Shown: piece by piece, positions 19,056 to 28,636 of the stretch
How the letters are laid out: each line of letters starts with the position of its first letter
Numbering within the stretch: the stretch's first letter is position 1
NCBI GenBank assembly: GCA_034423215.1
Contig: DAOUIY010000008.1
Span: 80,904 to 144,903 of the forward strand
DNA length: 64,000 nt
Origin: Dehalococcoidia bacterium
GTDB taxonomy: Bacteria > Chloroflexota > Dehalococcoidia > Lucifugimonadales > UBA3495
Direction of reading: 5' to 3'
Position numbers and translations under genes: made by a program
The notes under the pieces: model-generated
The model's input: the letters and a program-made list of their open reading frames with translations, nothing else
Database searches by the model: none
Told to the model about the DNA's origin: nothing

Positions 19056-19958
19056 TCAGGAAAGCCTTTTATAGAAGGCGCGCACCGCTGCCAGGAAATC
19101 CGACGGGTTGTCGCCGGCTACCAGGTGGCCGGCGTTGGGAACGGTAACGGTGTCGCAGTCGGGGATTACCTGCTTCATCCGCTGCATGGTTTCATCGGCA
19201 AATATGTCGCTGTCGCCACCCCGGACCACCAGCGTGGGACAGGCAATCTTCGCTACCGCGTCCCATAGCTGCTCGGGAGTCCATGCCGGACCCTGCCTGC
19301 CGGGGGTGCGGAGGAGCTTGTCGTACTTCCACGACCACTTGCCGTCGCTCCGCTGCCGGATGCTGTACTTCAGGGCCCCCAGCGTTTGTTCCCGCGTCCG
19401 CCCGGTGTATTCCTGCACCCGGTCGGCGAATTCTTCAAAGCTGTCCAGTTCATCGGGCAGTTCGCGGAAGTTCTGTATCCGATTCCGGCCCCGGGACTGG
19501 GCTACCGGCCCCGTATCCACAATTACCAGCGACCTCAGGACTTCCGGGTGACGGGATGCCCAGACGTAGCTGTTGCGCCCTCCCATGGAGTGCCCCACAA
19601 GGTTGAATCCGGTAAGGCCCAGGGCCGACACAAAACCGTCTATATCGCCCTGGTGCGCTTCCAGCGTGTAGTCTCCGTCCGATGCCCAGTCGCTGTCGCC
19701 ATGACCCCGCTGGTCCAGGGCGATAATATGGTAGTCCTCGGAAAGCGCCAGGCTTACAAAGTCCCAGCTGTGAGCCTGCTGGGAACCGCCGTGCAGCATC
19801 ACTACCAGGGGATTCCCGGCCTCACCCCACTCCAGGTAATGGAAGTTCATTCCATTCACCAGGACGTCGCGGTCCGCGGGTTCATTCTCCTGGCTAAACC
19901 GGACGCCTTTCTGCCGCGCCGCCTGGTACAGGGTCAGTCCCAGGGAATGAGAAGCCAT
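19056..19958 (-). CDS. alpha/beta hydrolase fold protein
   Basis: 300 aa. HGGSQQAHSW oxyanion region, nucleophile elbow GHSMGG, C-terminal NAGHLV. Confidence 0.85.
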   Translation of the reverse strand: MASHSLGLTLYQAARQKGVRFSQENEPADRDVLVNGMNFHYLEWGEAGNPLVVMLHGGSQQAHSWDFVSLALSEDYHIIALDQRGHGDSDWASDGDYTLEAHQGDIDGFVSALGLTGFNLVGHSMGGRNSYVWASRHPEVLRSLVIVDTGPVAQSRGRNRIQNFRELPDELDSFEEFADRVQEYTGRTREQTLGALKYSIRQRSDGKWSWKYDKLLRTPGRQGPAWTPEQLWDAVAKIACPTLVVRGGDSDIFADETMQRMKQVIPDCDTVTVPNAGHLVAGDNPSDFLAAVRAFYKRLS

Positions 19959-20070
19959 AGCGGAAACCTCCTGAATATGACAGTCCGGCCGCGCCTGGCC
20001 GAAGGGTTGCGGTCAACATTCCCAATCATAAACCCCTAAGCCCGCCTGTCAAGCTGGACAGGGTCGCGGG

Positions 20071-20204
20071 CAGGGCAAACGCATTCTCCCACCTGGCCGG
20101 ATTCCCGAAGGTTAAGAGGGACCTGATGCATTACTTGCCAGGTTCGAGGTTCCCGCCTTCGCTGGAACGACGGACTCTCCAAAATTTAGAATGCGTTTGC
20201 CCTG
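20071..20204. repeat. MITE-like element with perfect 17-bp terminal inverted repeats
   Basis: CAGGGCAAACGCATTCT (20071-20087) and AGAATGCGTTTGCCCTG (20188-20204) are exact reverse complements. The interior carries degenerate copies of the A-module hairpins (attcccgaagg..., GTTCCCGCcttcGCTGGAAC). Confidence 0.85.
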
Positions 20205-20423
20205 ACGGCGCCACCCCTTAAGTTTCATTTAATCCGGTACGGTGATATTATTAGAGGGTTACGCTCAAGGCGGGCCCGCTCTCCGGAAGGGAAAACAGTA
20301 TTCGGCCCCCGGGCCGGCCCCCTGCGTGGCAGTTTAATACAACACCTTTGTGTAGAATCCGACGTAGCCTATAGGCGCGGGCGTCATCGTCGCCCCGCCA
20401 GTTTGACTAGGAGATTAGTATCA

Positions 20424-21068
20424 ATGACCACGGAGTCAATCAGCCTGGAAGTGGAGCCCAGGGTAGTGCTGGGCAAGAAGGTAAAGCAACTGCGGCGGTC
20501 GGGCATTGTTCCGGTCCACCTCTACGGGCCGGGAATAGAACCCAGGCCCCTGCAATGCGAACAGAAACAGTTGCTGCGGGCGCTGTCCCAGGCGGGCAGC
20601 ACCAATCCGGTAAACCTGACGGTTAAGGGCGAATCCGGCGAAAGCCTGGCTTTCACCAGGGAAATTCAGTGGAGTCCCATCCGAAGTGAAGTCCTGCACG
20701 TGGACTTCCTGGCAGTCTCGGTAACCGAGCGGGTTACTGCCCAGGTGCCCATCAACCTGGTTGGAGAGTCTCCCGCTGCCCGCGAGACCGGCGGCGCGGT
20801 GGCCCAGGCGCTTTACCATCTGGACGTGGAAGCCCTGCCCCTGGAAATTCCCAACGAAATCGTCATTGACCTGTCGCAGTTGGTGGATACCAATTCCGTG
20901 GTCCGCGCCGGCGAACTGCCGCTGGCAGGCAACGTGACCATGCTCACCGACCCCGACGCCATGGTTGTCCGGGTTGATGCCGGGCGGCTGGCCGTGGCCC
21001 GCCCCGATGAAGGCGATTCCGGTGCCACCCCCGAGGCTGAAGCGTCAGAAGAAGAAAGCGAAGGCTGA
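20424..21068 (+). CDS. rplY: 50S ribosomal protein L25 / general stress protein Ctc
   Basis: LEVEPRVVLGKKVKQLRRSGIVPVHLYG N-terminus, a two-domain Ctc-type length and an acidic C-terminal tail. AGGAG SD upstream of the ATG at 20424. Confidence 0.9.
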   Translation: MTTESISLEVEPRVVLGKKVKQLRRSGIVPVHLYGPGIEPRPLQCEQKQLLRALSQAGSTNPVNLTVKGESGESLAFTREIQWSPIRSEVLHVDFLAVSVTERVTAQVPINLVGESPAARETGGAVAQALYHLDVEALPLEIPNEIVIDLSQLVDTNSVVRAGELPLAGNVTMLTDPDAMVVRVDAGRLAVARPDEGDSGATPEAEASEEESEG

Positions 21069-21270
21069 GGGACGGGGAAGGCGCGTCCACTGACATCGGG
21101 ATGGAGCCGGAACAAGGGTTGTTCCGCTGGGATAAGGACTTGTTCAGGGGTTTCACGGGAACGGGGCAAGCCGCCACTTGGCATTGCCCGCTAACGGTTT
21201 TCGTGACGCCCGGGGCTGGCAGCCCGAATCACCCAAGTTTTTGAGCCCGGCCTGCCGGGGAGGAAATGAA

Positions 21271-22038
21271 ATGTTTCTGGTTTATCTGGGAGAATCAGGG
21301 AACACCGGTACCAGCCTAAACGACCCCAACCAGGGCCACCAGGTCCTTTCGGGACTGGTGGTGCACGAAAACCAGTACGTTTCGATTAACGGGGAGTTCA
21401 ACGCCCTGTGCCGCCGCCACTTCGGCAATCCCCTGGGCGTTGACGGCACTCCCGAAAAGCTGAGGCCGGCCGATGTTTACCAGGGCAAGGGCTATTACCG
21501 GTCATGGTCGCCCGAAAGGCGCGCCGAACTTATCCAGGACTGCCTGAACATCCTGATTCGCCGGGAAACCCCGGTCATTGTCACCTATGTGGACAAGGGC
21601 CAGTTGGACCAGGCCAGGAACGACGGCAACCCGTCGGTCGCCGATTGGGACGGCCCGCCGGAAGCGATTATCAGCAAGTTCCTGTTCGCCCTGAACATGT
21701 ACATGGACGAGGCCGCCATCGCCGACATTCCCCCGGACCACATCATGGAAGCCACCGGCCCCATCAAGGACTATGCCCTGGTGGTAGCCGAAACGGGCAA
21801 GTCCATCAGGCCCGAGTTTATGCCCAGGTACCTCCATTCCGAGGTTGAGATTCCCACTCCCATAGTGCTGGAGAACTTCTGCTTTGTGGCCGGCGAGCAG
21901 TCGGTCTGCACCCAGTTGTCCGGCATTTGCTCCTACTTCGTGCGGCGCTGGCTTCAGAACCCGGCCGGCTCCCACGGCTATTTCGAGGCTCTCCGGGACG
22001 GGCGGGTCATCCAGGTCGTTTACCCCGTCCAGTTCTGA
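21271..22038 (+). CDS. DUF3800-like protein
   Basis: 255 aa from the ATG at 21271 (GGGGAGGAAA SD). The N-terminus MFLVYLGESGNTG resembles the DUF3800 hallmark (hydrophobic-x-DESG). Assigned by eye only. Confidence 0.5.
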   Translation: MFLVYLGESGNTGTSLNDPNQGHQVLSGLVVHENQYVSINGEFNALCRRHFGNPLGVDGTPEKLRPADVYQGKGYYRSWSPERRAELIQDCLNILIRRETPVIVTYVDKGQLDQARNDGNPSVADWDGPPEAIISKFLFALNMYMDEAAIADIPPDHIMEATGPIKDYALVVAETGKSIRPEFMPRYLHSEVEIPTPIVLENFCFVAGEQSVCTQLSGICSYFVRRWLQNPAGSHGYFEALRDGRVIQVVYPVQF

Positions 22039-22196
22039 CCTGGCGCGGGCCAGGCCGGATGCCCGTTCAGTTGCCTGGAACCTGTTTCAAAAATCCTCTT
22101 GCACCCTTATAGCCAAGGGGGAAGACGGCCCGAGTAAGGGAGTCACCGCCACCCTAACTTTCCCACTTGACGGGGGAAGGAATGCCGAAACAGGTT

Positions 22197-23087
22197 CTAG
22201 TCAAATCGGGCCAGCCGGCGCAGCCAGGCGCTGACCAGATCCACCCCAATGACCAGGATCAAGTACCACAGTATGATGAGCGCCAGTTCATCATACTGGA
22301 AGAAGCTGAGGTTTAGCCTGAACTCCCGCCCCAGCCCGCCGGCGTTCACGAAGCCCACCACCACGGTCGTCCTTATTACCACTTCCCAGCGGTAGAGCAG
22401 GTAGGTGATGAAGTGGGGCAGGGCCTGGGGAAGAACGGCATAGAGCAGTATCTGGAAAAGCCCGGCGCCGGAGGAACGCAGGGCCCGGGCCGGCGCCGGG
22501 TCCAGGTTCTCCACCACTTCCGCGGTCAGCCTTCCCACAATGCCCAAGTTGTGCAGCCCCAGCGCGATGGCGCCGGGCAGTATCCCCGGCGAAAGAAAGA
22601 AAATTATCAGCATCGCCCAGACCAGTTCGGGAACCGCCCGGGAGAAGGCGTAGGAGCCGCGGAACAGGTGGTAGAATGCCGCGCCCAGCCGGGATGGATT
22701 GTTGCCCAGGTCGCCGTTGCTGACCGAGCGGGCGGCCAGCATGAAGGTAAGGAAGGCGCCAACTCCCGCTATTCCCATGGCCAGGACGCTCATGGCCAGG
22801 GTGCGGTAGGCGAGATTTGCGGTGCTCCACCACTGCTGCCACTGGAAGAAGGCCGGGGTCTCCTCTGAGTCCAACCCGGCCAGTTGGGCGAGGAACCTGC
22901 CGGCGTAATTCCAGGTCTGGCCTTCCAGCAGGTTGCCGATGCCGGCGCCGCCACTGGCGAACAGGTAGGCCCAGGCCCCCACTACCAGGGCCAGGAAAAC
23001 GTACAGGGAGACCCGGGCAAAGGTCACGGGCCTGGCCCTTCTTGCCGTCACGTCGGCAAGTCCTCGCTGTTCCGGTGGCGGGTTCAT
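22197..23087 (-). CDS. phnE: phosphonate ABC transporter permease PhnE (second copy)
   Basis: Multi-TM permease paralogous to 23084-23890. Its start ATG overlaps the upstream stop (ATGA at 23084-23087). The longer ORF to 23312 is an upstream extension. Confidence 0.85.
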   Translation of the reverse strand: MNPPPEQRGLADVTARRARPVTFARVSLYVFLALVVGAWAYLFASGGAGIGNLLEGQTWNYAGRFLAQLAGLDSEETPAFFQWQQWWSTANLAYRTLAMSVLAMGIAGVGAFLTFMLAARSVSNGDLGNNPSRLGAAFYHLFRGSYAFSRAVPELVWAMLIIFFLSPGILPGAIALGLHNLGIVGRLTAEVVENLDPAPARALRSSGAGLFQILLYAVLPQALPHFITYLLYRWEVVIRTTVVVGFVNAGGLGREFRLNLSFFQYDELALIILWYLILVIGVDLVSAWLRRLARFD

Positions 23088-23890
23088 GATGTCAGCAGGC
23101 TGCGGCGCACGCGCTCGCTCCAGAAATCGGTAATGGCGACTATCGCCAGCAGCGCCAGCAGCAAGGTCCACACCTGGCTGAACAACAGGTCCCCCAGGGA
23201 GAGCTGAATCTGGTAGCCGATGCCCTGAATCCCCACGAAGCTCAAAATAGCCGCAGACCTGATCGAGCACTCGAACCGGTAGAAGGTGTAGCTGACCAGG
23301 TCCGGCAGGCACATGGGCAGCCTGCCGAAAAGCAGTTCCTGCCAGGCGGAAGCGCCCGACGACCGGAGGGCAACCAGCGGCTCTCCAGGGGTGTCTTCCA
23401 GGAAATCGGCGTATATGCGGCCCAGAATTCCGGCGTAGGGAATACCCAGGGCCATGATTCCGGCCATGGGCGACAGCCCCACGGCAGCCGCGAACAGGAC
23501 TGCCCAGACCAGTTCGTGGATGGACCGCATGGCCCCCAGAAGGAACTTTACGGCCAGCGCCACCGGCGTGCGCAGGCGGGAATTAGGGGCGGCCAGGGAA
23601 CCGGAGGCGATGACACCCAGGGGAAAGCCTATCAGCACCGCCACCGTCATGCCGGCCAGGGCAAAGGCCAGGGTTTGCCACACCGCCTGCAGGACGATGC
23701 CGAGAAAGGTCGGCGACAGGTCGGGCGGGAATAGTGCGACCAGGAAACGAAGGGCCGACTCTCCGCCCCCCGTGTGGACCAGGGGGTCGTTCCACCGCAC
23801 GCTGGTGAGGCTCCAAATGACCGCCCCTACCAGCAGCGCCGAAAGGACCTGGGGCCCTTCCAGAAATCTGCTTATCCGGTTGCGGTGCAT
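23084..23890 (-). CDS. phnE: phosphonate ABC transporter permease PhnE
   Basis: 268 aa with a BPD-type permease core and the operon position after phnC. Confidence 0.85.
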   Translation of the reverse strand: MHRNRISRFLEGPQVLSALLVGAVIWSLTSVRWNDPLVHTGGGESALRFLVALFPPDLSPTFLGIVLQAVWQTLAFALAGMTVAVLIGFPLGVIASGSLAAPNSRLRTPVALAVKFLLGAMRSIHELVWAVLFAAAVGLSPMAGIMALGIPYAGILGRIYADFLEDTPGEPLVALRSSGASAWQELLFGRLPMCLPDLVSYTFYRFECSIRSAAILSFVGIQGIGYQIQLSLGDLLFSQVWTLLLALLAIVAITDFWSERVRRSLLTS

Positions 23891-23899
23891 GGGGCCGCC

Positions 23900-24715
23900 C
23901 TAGCGCCAGAAGAGGGCGGACTCATCGTGGGACAGTTCGTAAAGGTCGGCCAGGGTGGATTGCGTCAACTCTTCCGAGGGCATGTCGAACTGGAGCAGGC
24001 CGTCCCGCAGACCGATTACCCTGGTGAAATAGCGGCGGACCAGGTCGGTTGTATGGATGCTGGCAACCAGGGCCCGGCCCGAGTCCCGGGTCAGGTCGGC
24101 CAGAAGCTGCATAACCTCTTCCGCCCGTACCGGGTCCAGGGATGCCACGGGTTCGTCGGCCAGGATCAGCCGGGGCGACTGGACGATGGCCCTGGCGATG
24201 GCCACCCGCTGCTGCTGGCCTCCGGACAGATGTGACGTCCTTTCCTGCACCTTCTCTGAAATGCCCATCTGTTCCAGAGCCGCCGTCGCCATTCGGTAGT
24301 CCTGCGGCCAGGCCAGGGACAGCAGGGAACGAAACATGCCCCACCTGCCGAACCGGCCCGCAAGCACGTTGTGAACTACCGGCAACTGGGGCACCAGGTC
24401 GAACTGCTGGTGGATAATGCCCACCAGGGAGGCCAACTCGCGACGGGGCAGGTTATTCGACAGGAACTTGCCCCCCACCGAGACGGACCCTTCATCCGGC
24501 TGCGAGGTGCCGGACAGGAGGTTGAGCAGGGTAGTCTTGCCGCTGCCGCTGGGGCCCACCAGGGCCACCCGCTCATCCTGGGCAATGTCAAAGGTCACGG
24601 CATTGAGGGCCACTACGCGGGCAAAAGCCTTGGTAATGCCCTCAACCCGCACCAGGGGAATTTCGTCGGACCTCTTCATGTAAAGACTATCGAGACCGCT
24701 TGCGGCGGGAGTCAT
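23900..24715 (-). CDS. phnC: phosphonate ABC transporter ATP-binding protein PhnC
   Basis: Walker A GPSGSGKTT, signature LSGGQQQRVAIARA, Walker B LILADEP. Confidence 0.9.
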   Translation of the reverse strand: MTPAASGLDSLYMKRSDEIPLVRVEGITKAFARVVALNAVTFDIAQDERVALVGPSGSGKTTLLNLLSGTSQPDEGSVSVGGKFLSNNLPRRELASLVGIIHQQFDLVPQLPVVHNVLAGRFGRWGMFRSLLSLAWPQDYRMATAALEQMGISEKVQERTSHLSGGQQQRVAIARAIVQSPRLILADEPVASLDPVRAEEVMQLLADLTRDSGRALVASIHTTDLVRRYFTRVIGLRDGLLQFDMPSEELTQSTLADLYELSHDESALFWR

Positions 24716-24733
24716 TGCCTTCTCTCGCCCCGT

Positions 24734-25633
24734 TTAATTGATCATCCCCAAATTTCGGGCCACTTCTTCTATGGCCAGATAGTTGGAGTTGTTGGTTTCA
24801 ATGAACTTTTCCGTGGTGAAAAGCTCCAGAATATCGCCATGCTCTTCGGCGTTGAGTTTCAGCAGGGCGTTCTGCAGCTTGGCGATAAAGCCCTCGCCGT
24901 AAATCTCATCCAGGTCGCCCCGCACCGTCCAATTGTAATCAAAGTAGTCGGGCGTAGTATAGAACTCCTTGACCGAGGAGGCATCCACCTTGTTCTCCCT
25001 GACCGCCCTGTTCCATACGTCCTCGTTCAGCGCTCCTATATCGTAGGAGCCGCCCTGGACCAGTTGCCAGGTCTTGTCATGGGAACCGGAAAAGCCGGGT
25101 GGGCCCCGGAAGTCCTCATCCGGGTTGATTCCCGCCTCGGCCAGGAAGTGCCTGGGCATCAGGTGCCCCGATGTCGAGCTTTCGCTGCCGAAGGTTATGG
25201 TCAAATCGGACGCCTGCGCCTTCACGTCTTCCAGGGAGGCCAGGGGCAAATCGGACCGGCCAATGAACTTGGAGTTAAAGCTGGCGTCGTTCTGCCGCTG
25301 GGCAATGGCTACCGAGCCGGGATTAAGGAGTCGAGCCTGTACTCCGGTCAGCCCGCCAAAGAATGCCATCTGCAGTTGATTCTGGCCGAATGCCGTCACC
25401 ACGGCGGCGTAGTCGGCGCTGGGAACGTATTCAACGTCTACGCCCAGCTCCCTGGACAGGTACTGGGAAAAGATGTCGTACCTGCGGGCAAGCCTGGTGG
25501 CATCCTGGTCGGGCACGCCGCCAACCTTCAGCACGGGCGCCTCCTCCGACGCGCAGGCCGTAAGAGTCATGAGGAAAACCGAAACCAGGAACAGGAGTAT
25601 GAGCCTGGTAGGCCACCGGGAAGAGTTGGACAT
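24734..25633 (-). CDS. phnD: phosphonate/phosphite ABC transporter substrate-binding lipoprotein PhnD
   Basis: Signal peptide with lipobox MTLTAC. PhnD-like body (LKVGGVPDQD..., SGHLMPRHFL). Start chosen at 25633. Confidence 0.85.
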   Translation of the reverse strand: MSNSSRWPTRLILLFLVSVFLMTLTACASEEAPVLKVGGVPDQDATRLARRYDIFSQYLSRELGVDVEYVPSADYAAVVTAFGQNQLQMAFFGGLTGVQARLLNPGSVAIAQRQNDASFNSKFIGRSDLPLASLEDVKAQASDLTITFGSESSTSGHLMPRHFLAEAGINPDEDFRGPPGFSGSHDKTWQLVQGGSYDIGALNEDVWNRAVRENKVDASSVKEFYTTPDYFDYNWTVRGDLDEIYGEGFIAKLQNALLKLNAEEHGDILELFTTEKFIETNNSNYLAIEEVARNLGMIN

Positions 25634-25695
25634 AATTGAAACCTCGTGCACAGTACAGCAACCAAACAAGAACGCTTATTCTCCGGAGAAGCCAG

Positions 25696-25828
25696 GGCGC
25701 GTCGTCAAGAGCGCCTTCATTCCTGCGAAGGCAGGAATCTTAACTACTGCCGGTCGAGGTTCCCGCCTTCGCGGGAACGACGAAAGGGGATGCTAGGAAG
25801 CCCCCACATTCAATTTGACGACACCCCC
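25696..25828 (-). repeat. A-type MITE-like element
   Basis: Nearly identical to 9958-10090: ...cattcctgcgaaggcaggaatcttaactactgccggtcgaggttcccgccttcgcgggaacgacgaaagggga...cacattcaatttgacgacaccccc. Confidence 0.9.
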
Positions 25829-26276
25829 TAACCTGTTGGAAGAGACGGACGGTTTCTTACCCAACGCTGCCAAAAGTCACGGCGGCAACAGGTTGGAGAT
25901 TCGCAGCGCCGGGGTTGGGGTTGCGCCGCTGGGCACAGTTCCCAAGGGTTACTCGCCACTGCTTCGAACTCCGACGGATTGCATCTTTCAGCCTGCCCAA
26001 AAAAGCATAAATGGCAGTCTAAAGCCCAGTTTATACAGTGTCAATAACTTTTACCCAGTATTCGTAAAACAAATAGATTTCGCCATCTATATCATGTAAA
26101 ACGTCGCCGAGGTGAGGAAAGCAGCGCCATGTCTCGCGTTCACAGGCCCGCGACAGACTGGGCCCAGAGCTTGAAGGGAGCCGGCCGGTCTCCCAGCTAA
26201 AGCCCCACCGCCCCGGCCCGTCCGCAGCCGCCTGGCGCGGTGACAGCCCGCCCTTTCCCCCAGCCGAAGCCCACGC

Positions 26277-26282
26277 TATAAT
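26277..26282 (+). promoter_or_regulatory. perfect TATAAT hexamer 9 nt upstream of the helicase ATG (possible leaderless or near-leaderless promoter)
   Basis: cgcTATAATttgctggttATG. There is no SD between the hexamer and the start codon, and the -35 is weak. Confidence 0.3.
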
Positions 26283-26291
26283 TTGCTGGTT

Positions 26292-28550
26292 ATGTCCAAC
26301 CCACCCCCGGATATTCTCCAAAACCTGAACGACGCGCAGGCCGAGGCCGTAATGTGCAGCGAGGGCCCGCTGCTCATCATAGCCGGGCCAGGCAGCGGCA
26401 AGACCCGGGTGGTCACCCACCGCATCGCCTACCTGGTCCGGGAGTGCGAGGTTAGCCCCTTCCGCATCGCCGCCGTTACCTTCACCAACAAGGCGGCCAG
26501 GGAAATGCGAAGCCGCATAGAGGGGCTGGAAGTCCCCAATGCCGACTCCGTCTTTGCCGGAACGTTTCACGCCTTTTGCGCCAGGCTGCTCCGACGACAT
26601 GGGTACGGCGTCGGCCTGGACTCCAATTTCACCATCTACGATGCCGAGGACCAACTGGGCCTCATCAAACAGGCCATGGACCTGGCCGACGTGGATGCCA
26701 AGCGCAACAGCCCACGGGCCATGCAGTCCATAATTTCCGGCGCCAAGAGCGTCCTGATGGACTCCGTAGGACTGGCGAGCCAGGCACGGTCCGAAGACAG
26801 TTACCCCAAGGAACTGGCAGCCCGGGTATTTCACCATTACGAGGAACTGCTGGGGCGCAGCAATGCGGTGGACTTTGACGACCTGCTGGTGAGGTCGGTG
26901 CAATTGCTGGACGGCTACGAGGAAGTTCGGGAAGAGTACCACCGCCGCTACCGCTACCTGATGGTGGACGAGTTTCAGGACACTAACATTGCCCAGTACC
27001 GCCTGGCCAAGCTGCTCACCGGGCCCGACCAGAACATCTGCGTGGTGGGCGACCCGGACCAGTCCATTTACTCGTGGCGCAACGCCGACATTAGAAACAT
27101 TCTCAGCTTTCAGCAGGATTTTCCCGATGCGCGGGTGATTTCCCTGGAGCAGAACTACCGCTCCACCCGCAACATACTCGACGCCGCCGGCTCTCTCATC
27201 GCCAACAACGGGATGCGGGTGCCCAAGGACCTGCGTACGGACAGGGAGTCGGGACCGGACGTGGTAGTGCACGAGGCCTATACCCAGAACGAAGAGGCGG
27301 ACTTCGTGGCCAGGCAGGTCCTTGACCTGGAACGGCGCCAGAATGTACGGGCGGGCAAGTGCGCGGTCATGTACCGCATTAACGCCCAGTCCCGGGCCCT
27401 GGAAGAGGCTTGCCTCCGGCTGGGCATCAAGTACCGCATCGTCGGGGGCATCCAGTTCTACCGACGCCGGGAAATCAAGGACCTGATGGCCTACCTGTCG
27501 GTGCTGCACAATCCGCAGGACGACGTTAACCTCTCCCGGGCCGTCAACACTCCGCCCCGGGGCATCGGCGACAAGACAATCCAGGACATAACCCGCTGGG
27601 CGCTCCAACAGCGCATTCCGCTTCACGAGGCCTTCCGGGTCGTGTCGCAGGCCAGGGCCCAGGGGCTGCCCTGTCCGGCGCCCCTGGCCGGGCGCGCCTA
27701 CACCGCCGTGTCCCGCTTCGGTGATTTGCTCACCCGGCTGGCTGAACTCAAGGGCAAGCTGCCGATTTCGGACCTGATCCGGCTGGTATTCAAGGAGGCG
27801 GGGCTGGAGGACCACATCCGAAAGGTGGATACCAACCCCGAAGAACGGCTGGAGAACATCCAGGAGTTTATATCGCTGGCCGCCGAGTATGAGACCGACT
27901 CACCGGAAGACAGCCTGGCCGCCCTGCTGGAGCGGGCGTCCCTGGTTTCGGACGTGGACAGCTTTGAGGAGTCGGAGGATACACTGACGCTGATTACCCT
28001 CCACCAGGCCAAGGGGCTGGAGTTTCCCGTTGTGTTCATTGCGGGAATGGAGGAGGGGCTACTGCCCCACAGCCGCTCCATGGACAGCAACGCCGAACTG
28101 GAGGAGGAGCGTCGGCTCTGCTACGTGGGAATCACCCGCGCCCGGGAGCAGTTGTTCCTGGTGCGGGCCTTCCAGCGGGGGATATGGGGGCCCAGTTCAC
28201 CCACCATCCCTTCCCGGTTCCTGGAGGAAATTCCCCAGCGGCTGCTTACCTACGCCTCCGCCCCGGGAGCGGCCAGGATTAACTCGTCAACGTCAAACAG
28301 GACAGCCAGTCGCTCCATCCCTTCCCGCAGCCTGACCGCCTGGGAAACCTCCCCAGTTACGGCGGAGCAGACCGCCCCCGATTACATACCTGAAGTCGGA
28401 GACTCGGTCCGACACGACAGGTTCGGCGAGGGGATAGTGATGAATTGCGAGGAATGGGGCAGCGACTACGAGGTCTCGGTCTGCTTTGACGGTGGGGAAC
28501 TGAAACGGCTGCTGCTGAGCTTTGCCCGCCTGGAAAAAGTTCAAAGCTAG
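26292..28550 (+). CDS. pcrA: ATP-dependent DNA helicase, UvrD/PcrA family
   Basis: AGPGSGKTRV Walker A, TFTNKAAREM, VDEFQDTN, QNYRST, TLHQAKGLEF. Confidence 0.93.
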   Translation: MSNPPPDILQNLNDAQAEAVMCSEGPLLIIAGPGSGKTRVVTHRIAYLVRECEVSPFRIAAVTFTNKAAREMRSRIEGLEVPNADSVFAGTFHAFCARLLRRHGYGVGLDSNFTIYDAEDQLGLIKQAMDLADVDAKRNSPRAMQSIISGAKSVLMDSVGLASQARSEDSYPKELAARVFHHYEELLGRSNAVDFDDLLVRSVQLLDGYEEVREEYHRRYRYLMVDEFQDTNIAQYRLAKLLTGPDQNICVVGDPDQSIYSWRNADIRNILSFQQDFPDARVISLEQNYRSTRNILDAAGSLIANNGMRVPKDLRTDRESGPDVVVHEAYTQNEEADFVARQVLDLERRQNVRAGKCAVMYRINAQSRALEEACLRLGIKYRIVGGIQFYRRREIKDLMAYLSVLHNPQDDVNLSRAVNTPPRGIGDKTIQDITRWALQQRIPLHEAFRVVSQARAQGLPCPAPLAGRAYTAVSRFGDLLTRLAELKGKLPISDLIRLVFKEAGLEDHIRKVDTNPEERLENIQEFISLAAEYETDSPEDSLAALLERASLVSDVDSFEESEDTLTLITLHQAKGLEFPVVFIAGMEEGLLPHSRSMDSNAELEEERRLCYVGITRAREQLFLVRAFQRGIWGPSSPTIPSRFLEEIPQRLLTYASAPGAARINSSTSNRTASRSIPSRSLTAWETSPVTAEQTAPDYIPEVGDSVRHDRFGEGIVMNCEEWGSDYEVSVCFDGGELKRLLLSFARLEKVQS

Positions 28551-28636
28551 CCGGGCGCCGGGTGGCTTACGGCAATTAAGCAGCGCCGGGCGGGCCGCAA
28601 AATACCGCGTCTAACCCCGTTACTTTTCCACCTTAT

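Noticed and set aside
24371-25639. 422-aa + strand ORF
   Set aside because: Antisense to phnC/phnD, with a low-complexity translation. Shadow ORF.
26031-27815. 594-aa minus-strand ORF
   Set aside because: Antisense to the UvrD/PcrA helicase gene. Shadow ORF.
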